Shown: in pieces, positions 1-11,807 of the stretch
Position numbering within the stretch: position 1 is the stretch's first letter
Layout: every line of letters starts with the position of its first letter
Assembly: GCA_964016885.1 (NCBI GenBank)
Contig: OZ024742.1
Span: 292,268,001 to 292,332,000 of the forward strand
Length of the DNA stretch: 64,000 nucleotides
Source: Eledone cirrhosa
Taxonomy: Eukaryota
Direction of reading: 5' to 3'
Made by a program: the position numbers and the translations under genes
Notes under the pieces: model-generated
What the model saw: the letters and a program-made list of their open reading frames with translations, nothing else
Told to the model about the DNA's origin: nothing
The model's database searches: none

Positions 1-175
1 ATCGAATCTATGAGATTTTGATGTTCAAAGCTAAATTCTAGTTCTATTCTACTATACCTTGAGCCAACTTATACAGTTTCATATGCAAATGAGATTAATC
101 ACCTCATTTACACAGACGAAAAAGCTATATGATTTCTCCCGTTTCCAAAGTCCAGCAGTTGCAAGAATGGGAGAG

Positions 176-219
176 ATTGTCCTGACAAGAACCAGTTGAG
201 ACCGAAATGCATCAACGAT
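176..219 (+). ncRNA. Degenerate minimal hammerhead ribozyme motif (probable Penelope-like element 3' relic)
   Basis: ATTGTC-CTGACAA-...-GAAA-TGCA-TC-AACGAT. CUGANGA core with G8>A (CpG decay of CTGACGA), palindromic TGCA loop and an imperfect stem I. Confidence 0.4.
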
Positions 220-421
220 TGTCCCCCCCCCCCCTGCTTCTGCTGGACACCATAGGATGGTGTTAGCTGCTATGGCTTTCTAAATATTTATTTATAAAGA
301 TACTGTATTTCTTTAGAAATATGAAATTCAAATATATTTATATATATAAACATATTTATACATATAGATATACATTTATATACATATAGATATACATATA
401 TATATACATATACATATATGT

Positions 422-762
422 GGAGGCACATGGCTTAGTGGTTAGAGCATTGGCCTTGCAATCGAAAGGTTGTGAGTTCAATTCTCAGACCGGGTGATGT
501 GTTGTTTCCTTGAGCAAGACACTTTATTTCACATTGCTCCAGTTTACTCAGCTGTAGAAATGAGATGATAGGGACTGGGGTCCATATCATTCCACTGCAA
601 AGTGGTCGTGGAGGTGCCACGGCAAAAAAGCACCCAGCACTCACTGTAAATGAGGTTGGTGTTAGGAAGGGCATCCAGCTGTAGAAATCAAGCTAGAATC
701 AGTTCCCGTCCCACCCTTGCAAGCAGGGAAAAAGCGGACGTAAAATGAAATGATGATGATGA
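422..762 (+). mobile_element. tRNA-derived SINE, family A (CORE-like body, RTE-derived tail)
   Basis: A box TGGCTTAGTGG, B box GAGTTCAATTC, CORE-like tgttgtttccttgagcaagacacttt, tail matching the RTE 3'UTR at ~7140-7240, (ATG)n end. Near-identical copies at 14621 (-) and 26777 (+). Confidence 0.9.
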
Positions 763-1379
763 AATGATATACATACATATACATATATACATATACATAC
801 ATATACATATATATATATATACACACACGCATACACACATATAAAGTGTCTGTGGTGATGAGACCGAGGAGACTGCTAATCATGTGAGTACTCAATACAT
901 GGGGGGTACTGGTCAGGTTGCCAGTTTGTCCAATGGCAAGTGGGAACCAGGGGGCCCACGGCAGCATTGCAAGAGCTCACAGTAGCATTGCCCACTGTAG
1001 TATTTTAGGGGCTAAATGCTTTGCTTTCAAAATATACCTGAAATCTAAGAGAAAGAATAAAATAAAAATTGCTTAAAACAATTAAGCAAAGTATTTGGTC
1101 AACCAATTACTCTGGGAATTACTAGAAACCAAAATATACGATAGTGCAAATAGCTGGAATCAGTGGATGTGCATTCCATGCATGCAAACATATAGACACA
1201 GACACACTCTTAAGGGTGAAACTAATAATTGTTTCTATTTTTGGCACAAGGTTCCACGTTTTTTTATTTTCTGTTTACTGTCTCAACTATAAAATATATT
1301 TATATACTTATATACGAACTACTGACCAAATAATATTTGGTATCAATGGGTTAAACATATCTGTCAAATCAATGAGTTG

Positions 1380-1710
1380 TGAAGGTGGCCTAGCGGTAGG
1401 TACTAGGGATGGTGGAGATCCTGGCCACTGGTTCAATCCTGGCCAAGAGGTACATGTAACCTTTTTCAGTTTTAATTTTACAACCAATAGAAAAAAACTG
1501 AAAATGTTTACCGGGAATCCTACACCCGACCAGGGTTGAACTTCAGACCAGGTTCACCACCGTCTATGATTCTTCCAACTAGGCCACTGAGACAGCTACA
1601 AAAGATAATGAAAATTGATAATTATAAACCTACTTTCAAAATCAATGTTTAAATGAGCTGGTGTCGTTCATGGCTTTCCTAGAGCTATTAGTAATATTTA
1701 AAGTCGACTT
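1380..1710. mobile_element. Fold-back element with two convergent tRNA-like units, copy 1 (left end truncated)
   Basis: Homologous to ~2080-2401. A/B boxes on + at 1386/1430 and on - at 1586/1541. Confidence 0.7.
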
Positions 1711-1959
1711 GTCAATCTTCTGGCCCTTTGGTAACAACTTTATTATTCCTATGTGTGTTTAACTGTTGAATTAATTTAATTTGATTATTTTAGCAAACAA
1801 ATAATATATATATATAGATTCAAATATCAGAGAGAGAAAGAGAGAGGTGGGGGAGAAATGAGGTGCAACAGAAATGAAACATGGATTACAGGTTAAAATA
1901 TGGTCTAGATAGATGTGAAACAAAATGAGGATGTAGTTCATGGAACACCCAAATGATTT

Positions 1960-2403
1960 AGAAGTCGACCTTAAGTAGGAGCAATAATATTAAGAAAGAC
2001 ATGAACGACACCAGAACACTTTGTTTGGAAAATTTGAAAGTAGGGTTATAAGTATGAATTTCATGAGATTTTTGTTGTCTCTGTAACCTAGCAGTAGGTA
2101 CTAGAGATGGTGGAGATTCTGGCCTCTGGTTCAATCCTGGCCAATAGGTACATGTAACCTTTATCAGTTTTAATTTTACAACCAATTGAAAAAAACTGAA
2201 AAGGTTTACCGGGAACCCTACACCCGACCAGGGTTGAACTTCAGACCAGGTTCACTACCGTCTTCCAACTAGGTCACCGAAACAGCTACATAAGTATAAT
2301 GAAAATTGATAATTATAAACCTACTTTCAAAATCAAAGTTGAAAAGATTTGGTGTCGTTCATGGCCTTCCTAGAGCTATTAGTAATATTTAGGATTGACT
2401 TCT
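1960..2403. mobile_element. Fold-back (MITE-like) element with two convergent tRNA-like units, copy 2 (complete)
   Basis: Imperfect inverted repeat over the whole length: AGAAGTCGACC...CATGAACGACACCA versus TGGTGTCGTTCATG...GATTGACTTCT, and TTTGAAAGTAGGGTTATAA versus TTATAAACCTACTTTCAAA. Confidence 0.75.
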
Positions 2404-2635
2404 GCTCATTATTGAAAGTCTCTGGATTTCACAAAATACATATTTTTTGTTGGAGAAGGTAAGATATTTTTCTGCAAAAATTTGATTGCCCTTTTTGCTT
2501 TCCATTTATGTATTTTTCAAAAATGTTATTTATTCATTATAAAAATTAAATGATAGCATTCTATATGCAGGTGTGCCCCCTTCATCTGGCAACCAATATT
2601 TTTAGACTGACTCCGCCACTCTATAGAAATGTTTG

Positions 2636-2734
2636 AAATTCTTACTGCAGCGCCAAGCAGTTTCAGTTTGTGTGTTCAGCAAGCCTTTGCTGAACACACT
2701 ATCCAAAACTGCTTGGCATCGCAGTCAGGATTTT
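2636..2734. repeat. ~100-nt imperfect hairpin
   Basis: GCCAAGCAGTTT..GTGTGTTCAGCAA-gcct-TTGCTGAACACAC..AAACTGCTTGGC, with an outer ACTGC/GCAGT pairing. Confidence 0.75.
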
Positions 2735-2818
2735 ACATATCATCTCTATATATACATATATATTGAATTAGAGATCTCACCATAACTTTGCCTAAATAAG
2801 ATAGTCTAATAATATACC

Positions 2819-3003
2819 GGTGAATTGGCAGTATCGGTAAAGAGTCAGACATGCTTTCCAGCATAGTTACGTCCCTTTATGGCCTGATTTCAAATCCAGC
2901 CGAGGTTAACTTTGCCTTTCAGCCTTACGGGGTCGATAAAATAAAGTACCAGTAATGTACTGGTTAATTGCTGGCCTTGTGTCTAAAGTAGAAACAATTA
3001 TTA
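2819..3003 (+). mobile_element. tRNA-related SINE, family B (~185 bp)
   Basis: ttggcagtatcggta...ttcaaatcc..gccgaggttaactttgcctttca.ccttacggggtcgataaaataaagtaccag...gtagaaacaattatt. More than ten copies in the window. Confidence 0.85.
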
Positions 3004-3074
3004 GAATACATGATGGCAAGATCTAATTCAGGATTCAAATTCCACTCGCCGTTTTCTAAACATACATACTTTCT

Positions 3075-3109
<35 letters not shown>

Positions 3110-3221
3110 ACCTGTAGACAAGTTGAAATCATAGTGTCCATTACAGTTTGATTACTGAAGATGATGTTTTTCTCTGTCACATTTGTTCATGTCTCTGTAC
3201 TTTCGTGCAGATATTTTGGCA

Positions 3222-3252
<31 letters not shown>

Positions 3253-3539
3253 AGTTATCATTTTCAGTTATTCTAATTCAAGAGTTAGAGTAACTCTTAT
3301 CGAGGACTATATATATATATGAAGTTCTTCAAGAGATAAGACACACTTGATTCTGAAAGGCTAAAATGAATCACTAGAGCTGCTAAACCATGTTCCAGCC
3401 ATCCATATATATCTTCCAGGTATCCCTCTATTTCCCAATTGCAAATGTTCCGCTCACACTATTATTAATATTATTGTTGTATTTATCATTTCACTAGCCT
3501 CCACAACACATTTATTTTTTTACCCTCGTTTTTTCCCCA

Positions 3540-6500
3540 TGCCGGTATGACTGTCTCTCTACGAAGTCATCTACTCCCTTCGAAATCCTAACATTTCACC
3601 TTGTCTAATATAGGTACTCGTATCGGTTTATTTCGCCCTGAGATGCTATAGGCCATGATGGCTACCTATCTCACAATTTCCTTCCCACCCCCTCACACCA
3701 CCATAGCCTATTCGCCCAATCAAACCTCAGCATGCCCCCCCCCCCACCCATTACCAACCGCAACAAACTCTACCATTAATACTACTACTACTACCTCTCT
3801 CCTCCCCCATCCCAGCACCAACAAACCCTGCCATTATTACCACCACCACTGTTCTTCTAGCCCTGAATTCTCCTACCGTTATGTATGGATGAGCTGAGAA
3901 TAAATGGAGCAACCCCGAATTAATAAATGAAAATGAATATGAATCCGCAAGCTACCAAGCACCCATGTGAAGCTCCAATTCAGAGACAGGAAGCACACAC
4001 ACACCCCTGCAAAAGTTTATGTTGACAAATGCCCAAAACTCCGAGTTGGAACCATCAATGTAAGCACAATGAAAGGAAGAGCAGGAGAAATTGTAGAGAT
4101 GCTAGAGTAAAAGGAAATTGATGTATGCTGTGTGCAAGAGACTAGATGGAGAGGAGAGTCTGCTAGAGTCCTTGTAGGCAAAAGGCAGTGCTACAAATTT
4201 TTCTGGGTGGGAAATGACGATGGGATGGGTGGTGTAGGTATACTACTAGCTGACAAGTGGGTAGATAAGGTAATCTCAGTGAACAAGGTGAATGCAAGAA
4301 TCATTAAACTCAGACTAGTCCCGAATAAAACAATTGCCACAATAATATCAATTGCCACAATAATATCGGGGTTGCCAGACGAACTTAAAAATAGGTTTTA
4401 TGAGTCCCTAATGTACACTACTGCTCTAACAAACAACAATGACTTCCTAATCATTGCAGGAGATTTTAACGGACACGTAGGTAAACACCGTGACGGCTTC
4501 TATAGAGTCCATGGAGGCCATGGGGTTGGCACAAGAAACGAAGAAGGCTTCAGGCTTCTAGAATTCTGTGATGCCAATGACATATCGATATGTAACACAA
4601 ACTTCAAAAAACCCGACAACCATCTGATCACCTATAGATCAGGGGAGCATTATAGTTAGATAGATTTTATCCTCATCAGAGGACGTGACAGATGGACAGT
4701 GGTAAACACAAAACCCTTCCCTAGTGAGGAATGTACCTCCCAACATAACTTAGTTGTCAGCGATCTCACGGTCAGAACTAGATGAACCTGGAGAAGAAAG
4801 ATCTGGAAGCTGAAAGACCCCTCAGCCAGTAACAGATTTAAAGATATTTTACTCAACGTCTATGACTGTAAAGAAGAACAGATAGAGACAGTCAATGTAG
4901 AAGAGCACTGGGAGTTCCTAAAAAATAACTTACTAAAGGCGACGGATGAGATCTGTGGTTGGAGTAAGACCACAGGCAGGAGGAGAGTGACTTGGTGGTG
5001 GAACAAAAGGGAGATGAGGCAGTTAAGGCCAAGAGACAGGCATGGAAAGAATGGAAGAACGGGGGAAGCAGGGTACATTACATAGAGACCAGGAGGGAAG
5101 CTAGGCGACAAGTATATTTAGCTAGGAGGGAAGCAGAGAATAGAAAATTCAAGCATATTTTGCAATGTGAGGACCAGAAACAGGAGGTGTTCAAGATTGC
5201 GAGGCAGTGTGTCAGAGACAATTGTGATGTCATTGGAGAGAAGTGTATCCGGAATGATAAAGGTGAGCTTGCCCTTACAAGTGCTGAGAAGAAAGATGCG
5301 TGGAAGAGCCATTATGATAGATTACTAAATGAGGAGAATGCATAGGAAGAAGAGACCCTACTCCAAGTAGACCCTATAGAGGGGCCAGCAGTATAAGTCA
5401 GCAGCAGCGTAGTAAGTAAGGCAATCAAAGATATGAAGACGAGGAAGGCAACCGGTCCATTGGGTATAGCTGCAAAGATTCTGAAGGCATCTGGGTCGGT
5501 AGGTCACACCATAACCACACATATTGTTAACCAGGTAATACTAGAAAGTGTCATACCAAAAGATTGGTGCAGTAGCATCATTGTCAACTGCTTCAAAGGT
5601 AAAGGGGATGCACTAGATAGCAGAAACTATAGAGGTATACAGCTGATGGACCAGGTCATGAAAGTAACAGAAAGAGTTATAGCACAGTTGATTAGGGACC
5701 GGGTGAAACTAGATGAGCTGCAATTTGGGTTTGTGCCAGGAAGAGGCACCACTGATGCCCTCTTCCTTGTGAGGCAGTTACAGGAAAAGAACCTAGCTAA
5801 AAGTAAGCCGCTCTACCTGGCATTCGTCGATATCGAGAAAGCCTTTGACAGAGTTCCATGTGCTGTAATCTGGTGGGCTCTTAGAAAACTAGGAGTAGAT
5901 GAATGGCTTGTGAAAGCTGTACAAGCCATGTATAGGGGAGCAGTCAGCAAAGTTAGGATTAGCAATGACTATAGCGAGGAATTTAGCGTACAGGTTGGTG
6001 TCCACCAGGGCTCTGTTCTTAGCCCTCTCCTGTTCATCATAGTTCTGCAGGCAATAACAGAGTGTTTAAGACTAGATGCCCATGGGAACTCCTGTATGCA
6101 GATGACCTTGCACTTATAGCTGAATCTATGGTAGAACTAGAGAAGAAATTCCAAACTTGGAATCAGTGACTAGAAAGAAAGGGTCTCAAAGTCAATCTGA
6201 CAATGACTAAGGTCCTTGTAAGTAGACGAGAAAACAGAACCTAGATCCCCTCAGGGAAATGGCCTTGCTCAGTATGTAGAAAAGGTGTAGGTAGGAACTC
6301 CATTCTCTGCCCCTAATGCAAACAATGAGTACACAAGAGATGTAGCGGGATATCAGGAAGGTTAACTAAGAATGTAGGCTTCACATGTAGCAGCTGTGCT
6401 GGAACAGCAAGCAGCAAACAGCCACAGGAAACAAGTACCACCAAACTCTGGGAGGGCTCTGTAGAAACAGTAGACAGCTTCTGCTACCTAGGTGACCGAA

Positions 6501-7327
6501 TTAGCAGCGGAGGTGGGTGTTCAGAAAGTACAATAACTAGGGTAAGAACAGGATGGAAGAAGTTCAGGGAGCTACTGCCACTGCTAGCTGCAAAAGGCTT
6601 TTCCCTCAAAATGAAAGACAGACTGTATGATGCATGTATACGAACAGCAATGTTACATGGTAGTGTGACCTGGGCACTGTCTGTGAAAGACTTATGTAGA
6701 TTAGAAAGAAACGAAGCCTGCATGTTCCGATGGATGTGTAATAGTAACATACGCGAACGGCAAAGCATAAATGAATTGAGAGAGAGACTGAGCATAAGAG
6801 GAATCAAATGCTGTGTGCAGCAGAGGCGGTTGCATTGGTATGGACATGTGATGCATATGAAGGATGATAACTGCATAAAAAGGTGCAGAGCACTAGAAGT
6901 CGATGGAAACCGCAGAGTGGGGAGACTCAAGATCACCTGGAATGAGGTGATAAAAGCCGACCTTACCCAATTACACCTCTCAAAGTCGATGACACATGAC
7001 TGTGACCTCTGGTGTCATGCAGTAATGCAGAAGACCTGACCCCCCATGAGTACAAGCCGAAGCTGAAGCATATAGACAATATGCCCCACACCCTCCCACT
7101 GCAAAAAAAGCAACCAGCCCACACCGTAAAGTGGACATGTAGGCGCCACGGAAAAAAAGCACCCAGCACTCACTGTAAATGAGGTTGTTGTTAGGAAGGG
7201 CATCCAGCTGTAGAAATCAAGCCAAAATCAGTTCCCGTATGAGCAAGACAAGGTCAGCCGACCGGACACTGCCCACAACAGGACAACCCGTCTAACCCAT
7301 GTTAGCGTGGAAGAACGGACGTAAAAC
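3540..7327 (+). mobile_element. RTE-clade LINE, near full length, decayed
   Basis: APE endonuclease and RT ORF fragments, followed by a 3'UTR ending ...ggaagaacggacgtaaaac. The 5' boundary is approximate. Confidence 0.9.
4039..7039 (+). pseudogene. RTE endonuclease-reverse transcriptase ORF with stops and frameshifts
   Basis: LRVGTINV, VQETRW, GDFNGHVG (APE); NYRGI, QFGFVPGRGTTDA, AFVDIEKAFDRV, GVHQGSVLSPLLF, LLYADD (RT); RRLHWYGHV (RTE C-terminus). Confidence 0.9.
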
Positions 7328-7589
7328 AGTAGTGGTGTGTGTGTGTGATCATCATCATCAACATCGTTTAACGTCTATTTTCCACGCTAGCATGGGTTTA
7401 GATATGTATATATTGTATATAAGGCATCAAATTGTAAAGTGCTGAGGAATTAAGAAGTTCATAGAAAAGTTAAGGAACACAGACAAAGAAATACATTTTC
7501 TTAATAAATAATTGTTTCTACTTTTGGCACAAAGGCAGTGATTACCCCAGTGCATTACTGGTGCTTTATTCTTAATAAATAATAAGATC

Positions 7590-7880
7590 ACATTCATTCT
7601 CTTTTATTCCATGTGACTGTCTGTATTTTTAATTTTATACACTGCCTGAAGATGTCGCTATATTCATGTATTCTGTGAGACTGTCTATATTTTTATCTGC
7701 ATACACTGCCTGAAACAGGCCTGGCACTATACTTTGTTGCTTGGGCGGTGAGGTTGGGGATTGAGTATGTTTTAAACATTGATTATGAATCAGTAAAAAA
7801 ATTTTTCTTTCAAAATTACTATTTTGTAAGCACCCTTTCTCCTGCCACCCCTGTTTCAGATTATACAACTAGCTGTAACT
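7590..7880 (+). mobile_element. Probable Penelope-like terminal-repeat relic with a degenerate hammerhead
   Basis: ACTGC-CTGAAGA-...-GAAA-CAGGCCTG-GCACT at ~7640-7728. The cleavage triplet is lost. Confidence 0.35.
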
Positions 7881-8199
7881 TTTTTTCATTTTTTACATTT
7901 TTTACAAAAATTCCTTCAGAATTATGTTTTTACAAAGTTATAATCAAATTTCTTTAAAAACAGAAATCTGAAGAAATTGCCAAAAAAAACAAAAAACGAT
8001 AATAAACATAAAATTTATGGTAACTTACGTGGTGTGATTCTATATTTATCTGTTAACTGTAACATGATTTGGACCAGAAAGATAATTATTTAATTTAAAT
8101 TGTTAAGTCAAAATACTAGCTATGGAAAATATGTAGAATTTCTGACACTTCCCAATCTCAAATTCAATTCAAAGGAAGAATAGCAACATATTCTCTGCT

Positions 8200-8512
8200 G
8201 GGGAAACATCTGTTGTCATTCCATCACCTATGGTTTTTATGAGCTTGATAATTCTGTCATCTATTCTAACTACCTCAATTATTTTGTCTCTCCACTTCTC
8301 GGCTAGTAAAATACCTACTCCAACTACTCCTTTATCATTTCCTACCCAGAAGAGCTCGTATCTAAACTGTTTGCCTGTGGAGAGTCTGGCTGATGCAATT
8401 CTTCATTTCAACTCTTGCACACAGCACACATCTATTCATCTCCTATCAAGTATCTCTATAATTTCACTTAATTTTCGTTTCAATGTGCCAACATTAAGGG
8501 TGGTAGCCCTGA
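8200..8512 (-). pseudogene. RTE APE endonuclease fragment
   Basis: Minus strand reads LRATTLNVGTLK...IDVCCVQE...YELFWVGNDKGVVGVGILLAEKW..RIIKL, with stops. Confidence 0.8.
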
Positions 8513-8609
8513 GCTGGGTTACCTTACAGTTCATACTTCTAAGTGATTAATTTAAGAAACAGTGGGGAAATTTGAAATGTCATACCTTAATTTTCACATA
8601 TTTTAACTC

Positions 8610-8830
8610 TTAACCACTTAGCAGTTAAACCAACCATATCCAGCTAGAATTCCCACACCTCTTTCTGTTCAAACTGGCAATGACCAGCCGCTTATACTTA
8701 TGTTAAGGTATTGTTCTCAAAATAAATATTATCAAAATCTCGTAGATTTGATATTATGTGAGATAAATATGTGAAATAAAGTGTTTACTGTGAAAATACA
8801 ATAGTAAATATAGAGTAATATAAATGATAA
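8610..8830. mobile_element. piggyBac-type MITE, degenerate copy
   Basis: Homologous to 8930-9150; starts TTAACCACTTAGCA. Confidence 0.6.
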
Positions 8831-8929
8831 CAACCACCTGTAATGATTTAGCAGGAAATATTAAAAATAGGTTTGTTAATTCAAATGTTTATAACTATCT
8901 TTGCTGGTTGGGAAAATTTGTAGTATTAA

Positions 8930-9150
8930 CCCTTTATCATTTAAAACGGCCATATCCAGACAGAATTCTCTCACCTCTTTCAGTTCAAACCTGCTGTAAC
9001 TGGCTGCTCATACTTATGTTAAGGTATTGTTCTCAAAATAAATAATATCAAAATCTCATAGATTCGATATAATGTGAGATAATTATGTGAGGTAAAGCCT
9101 TTACTGTAAAACTATAATAGTATATATAGAGTAATGTAAAGGCTAAAGGG
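8930..9150. mobile_element. piggyBac-type MITE
   Basis: TTAA|CCCTTTATCATTTA...TAAAGGCTAAAGGG|TTAA: CCC/GGG terminal inverted repeats and a TTAA target duplication at 8926-8929 and 9151-9154. Confidence 0.8.
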
Positions 9151-9210
9151 TTAAAGTAAGGACTATAATTTTTAATGTGTTACAATCATAGTTGATGTTT
9201 TACACGTTTT

Positions 9211-9390
9211 GAATTGGCAGTATCAGTAGAGGGTCGGACATACTTTCCAGCATAGTTACGTCCCTTTACGATCTGTGTTCATATCCCGCCAAGGTTGACT
9301 TTGCCTTTCATCCTTACGGGGTCGATAAAATAAAGTACCAGTAATGCACTGGGTATCTGCTGGCCTTGTGCCAATAGTAGAAACAATTAT
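9211..9390 (+). mobile_element. SINE family B
   Basis: Homologous to 2819-3003. Confidence 0.85.
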
Positions 9391-9576
9391 CAAGAGTTAA
9401 TAATATCAAGGGTTAATTATTTTGTTATATCACCTTCCATACAAACAACGATACACACACAAGCACATACACACTTGTGCATTGCATATAACACAATCAT
9501 CATATATATTTATGCATAAGTCAGTTTTACTACAAAAAATATGAAAACCCAAGGCTTGTCTACTGTACATAGAAAA

Positions 9577-9763
9577 TAATAATTGTTTCTACTTTTGGCA
9601 CAAGGCCAGCAATTACCCAGTACATTACTGGTACTTTATTTTATCAACCCGTAAGGATGAAAGGCAAAGTTGACCTCTGCGGGATTTGAACTCAGAATAG
9701 AAAGGGCCGTAACTCTATGCATTAAAGCATGACGTCCGAACCTCTACCGATACTGCCAATCCA
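9577..9763 (-). mobile_element. SINE family B
   Basis: Reverse-complement homology to 2819-3003. Confidence 0.85.
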
Positions 9764-10014
9764 CTGCTTCTGGTTTTATTTTTTTTCCTCTTTAGTGTTA
9801 CTGTTGTTGTTGTTACCAATGTCATTGTTGATGTTTTTTGTTTTCATTCAATATCATTTTTTTTAAACTCTGTTATCTTCATGAATTTTTCAACCAGTTT
9901 CTTTACTTAACATTTTTCTTTGTTTTAATGTTGAGAAGAAAAATTAACAAATTCAAGACTTCAAGAAACATATTTCAGAACATATTTTTTTATAAACTCT
10001 TATTTTCTAAATCT

Positions 10015-10355
10015 AGTTGAAGGTGCATAGCTTAGTGGTTAGAGAATTGGGCTTGCAATCATGAGATTTCGAGTTCGATTCTAAGACCAGGTGATATGTT
10101 GTGTCCTTGAGCAAGACACTTTATTTCATGTTGCTTCAGTTTACTCAGCTGTAGAAATGAGTTCTGACATCACTGGAGCCACATTGTATCAGCCTTCATC
10201 TTACCCTTGGACAACATTGGTGGCATGGAGAGAGGAGTCTGGTATGCTTAGGCAACTGCTGGTCTTCCATAGAACAACTTTGCCCAAACTTGTGCCTCAG
10301 AGGGGAAAACTTTCTAGGTACAAATCTCATGGTCAATTGTGACCAAATGGGGTCT
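10015..10355 (+). mobile_element. SINE with the family-A head and CORE-like body but a different tail
   Basis: Shares ~140 bp with 422-560, then diverges. 15-bp TSD TTATTTTCTAAATCT at 10000-10014 and 10356-10370. Confidence 0.85.
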
Positions 10356-11014
10356 TTATTTTCTAAATCTGAGGGTACACCACTGAAAAATAGGTGGGCA
10401 GTGTCATTAAATGCCACTTCCCCCAGCACCTGGCTTGAAAGCCTCTATACATTCTTGTATTCCATGTGAAACTGCTTGTATTTTCTCCTGTATTTTCTGC
10501 ATGAAAACCTCTGTACATTCAATAATTATTCTTTTACATACATGCCTGTGGCAGATGTTTTACGATAGGTGTACAAAACTGATGTTTTTATAGAAAGATA
10601 TACTCTTCAGAATAATTCTTATAATATAGCATAATGGAATATATTTTTTTTAAATTCAGGTGAAAGTTATTTCTGATCGAATTCTAGAAATATTGATATC
10701 AGAAGAGTTTTTCTTTCTTAGAGAGGAGGAAATATATGATTCATCATTATTTATTGAGAAAAGGCGAAACATATTTATTAGTGAACAGAAATATAGAATA
10801 AGGAATGGACTTAAAGACATATTTATTAGTGAACAGAAATATAGAATAAGGAATGGACTTACAAACATAAATTAAAATAACAATCAACAAAAAACAGGAG
10901 GGAATAAAGAAAAATAAATGAATTGTTGGGCAGTATATCACATCTGCCTCCTGCTGACAGACAAGATAGTTAAAGAAAGGAAATGTGTAGGAAATAGTAA
11001 ACATCTTCTGGTAG

Positions 11015-11529
11015 AGTGGCAGTGGTGATGTTGGTGTTGTTGGCAGTGTTGATGGTGGTGGTTATGGTGTTGGTGGCAGTGGTTATAGCAGTGATGATTA
11101 CAGTAGTTATGTTGGTGGTGTTGGCAGTGTTGATGGTGGTGTTGATAGCAATGTTAGTGGTGGTGGTGGTAGTGGTGATAATAGTTGTGGTGACAGTGTT
11201 GGTGGCAGTGATGATGATCATGGTGTTGGTAGCAGTAGAGTTTGGTAATTACTTATGAATGGTGTAATGATGTTTGAGACATAAAGAATTATGGCAGCTG
11301 ATGTCACATCAACATCATTTACACATTACACACTGCAACAGCAACAACAATAACAACAACAAAGCAACAACAGCAATAGCCAGAACATCATCAATAACAA
11401 TAGCAACAACAACAACAGCATCAATAACAACAATAGTAGCAACAACAAAAACAGCAGTAACAATAACAGCAAGAAATAACAACAACAATAACAATGGCAA
11501 CAAGAACAATAGCAACAACAGCAGTAACA

Positions 11530-11530
<1 letters not shown>
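11015..11530. repeat. Degenerate (GTG/GGT)n and (CAA)n low-complexity tracts
   Basis: Direct inspection; these tracts produce the spurious poly-V/T/N ORFs. Confidence 0.85.
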
Positions 11531-11564
<34 letters not shown>

Positions 11565-11807
11565 ATTAGATACATGAATATGCTTTTGTTTTTGTTTTAA
11601 TTTAATTTTTTTTTTATTAAATAATAACAAAATAAAAAAAATACGATAATGTATTTTCATGAATCATTAATTTTTGACAAATTATCTTTTCAGTAAATTT
11701 GAGTCCGAAAAAATTATCAATAAAACATTGTAATATTTCCCACGCATTTTATATACACACCTTTGTTTATTTTCAACAATAGACATTTATATTCTTCAAG
11801 AATATTG

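Noticed and set aside
422-495. tRNA gene (also the similar heads at ~10020, ~14900 and ~26777)
   Set aside because: A and B boxes are present, but they continue into a SINE body and tail and do not form a proper acceptor stem.
8029-8060. Minus-strand micro-exon (cag|ATAAATATAGAATCACACCAC|gtaagt)
   Set aside because: The splice signals are plausible, but 21-28 nt with no partner exons cannot be told from chance.
10660-10875. Exon or ORF containing a duplicated IFISEQKYRIRNGL peptide
   Set aside because: Explained by a local 48-bp tandem duplication; no recognisable homology or downstream donor.
10970-11660. Poly-Thr/Val/Asn ORFs as mucin-like or membrane proteins
   Set aside because: They are translations of trinucleotide low-complexity tracts on both strands.
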